Shown piece after piece: positions 52,977-53,081 of a stretch of 53,081 nt of DNA. The notes under the pieces were generated by a model that saw nothing but the letters and a program-made list of their open reading frames with translations, was not told the DNA's origin and did no database searches. The DNA is from Rickettsia typhi. Lineage in GTDB: Bacteria; Pseudomonadota; Alphaproteobacteria; Rickettsiales; UBA1997. The position numbers were made by a program, and so were the translations under genes. How positions within the stretch are numbered: the first letter of the stretch is position 1; each line of letters starts with the position of its first letter. The DNA lies in assembly GCA_945875925.1 (NCBI GenBank), contig CAMCME010000004.1, positions 1 to 53,081 of the forward strand. Direction: 5' to 3'.

Positions 52977-53081
52977 AAGCGATCAATATTTACGATTAAG
53001 CGTCAGCTTTTTTGTTAAAATATTGATCATTTAACAATAATCTTTTTTGGAGTAAAAAATATGAGTACAAAGTTCAGTGAA

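Overview
An AT-rich chromosomal segment, most likely from a metabolically well-equipped Rickettsiales-related alphaproteobacterium. The evidence is a giant VirB6, Tim44, CobT, RpoH and a tRNA-His with G-1, alongside aroK/aroB, bioF, rib genes and gcvPA/PB. The left ~21.8 kb is a defence-rich region with two type II m5C restriction-modification (RM) systems and a Fic + type I RM cassette ending near the 3' end of tRNA-Asn. The rest is mostly housekeeping genes, with two prepilin/LamG-like paralogs and a DUF4160/DUF2442 toxin-antitoxin pair inside the gcvP operon. The most notable structure is not in the ORF track. (1) An ERIC-like family of TA-flanked TACCAAA...TTTGGTA hairpin elements has stems that differ between copies but stay self-complementary. 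Two copies disrupt a restriction endonuclease and a putative toxin while the methyltransferase and antitoxin remain intact. (2) The same short gene 5' remnant, broken at the same codon, follows both the first type II RM and the type I RM. (3) A 160-bp diverged direct repeat flanks the first RM cassette. (4) A 108-bp palindrome sits in-frame in cobT. (5) An antisense/direct repeat module follows tRNA-Asn. (6) A candidate structured ncRNA lies near 52.8 kb. All calls are by-eye motif recognition; no searches were run. No transposase, integrase or CRISPR array was seen.
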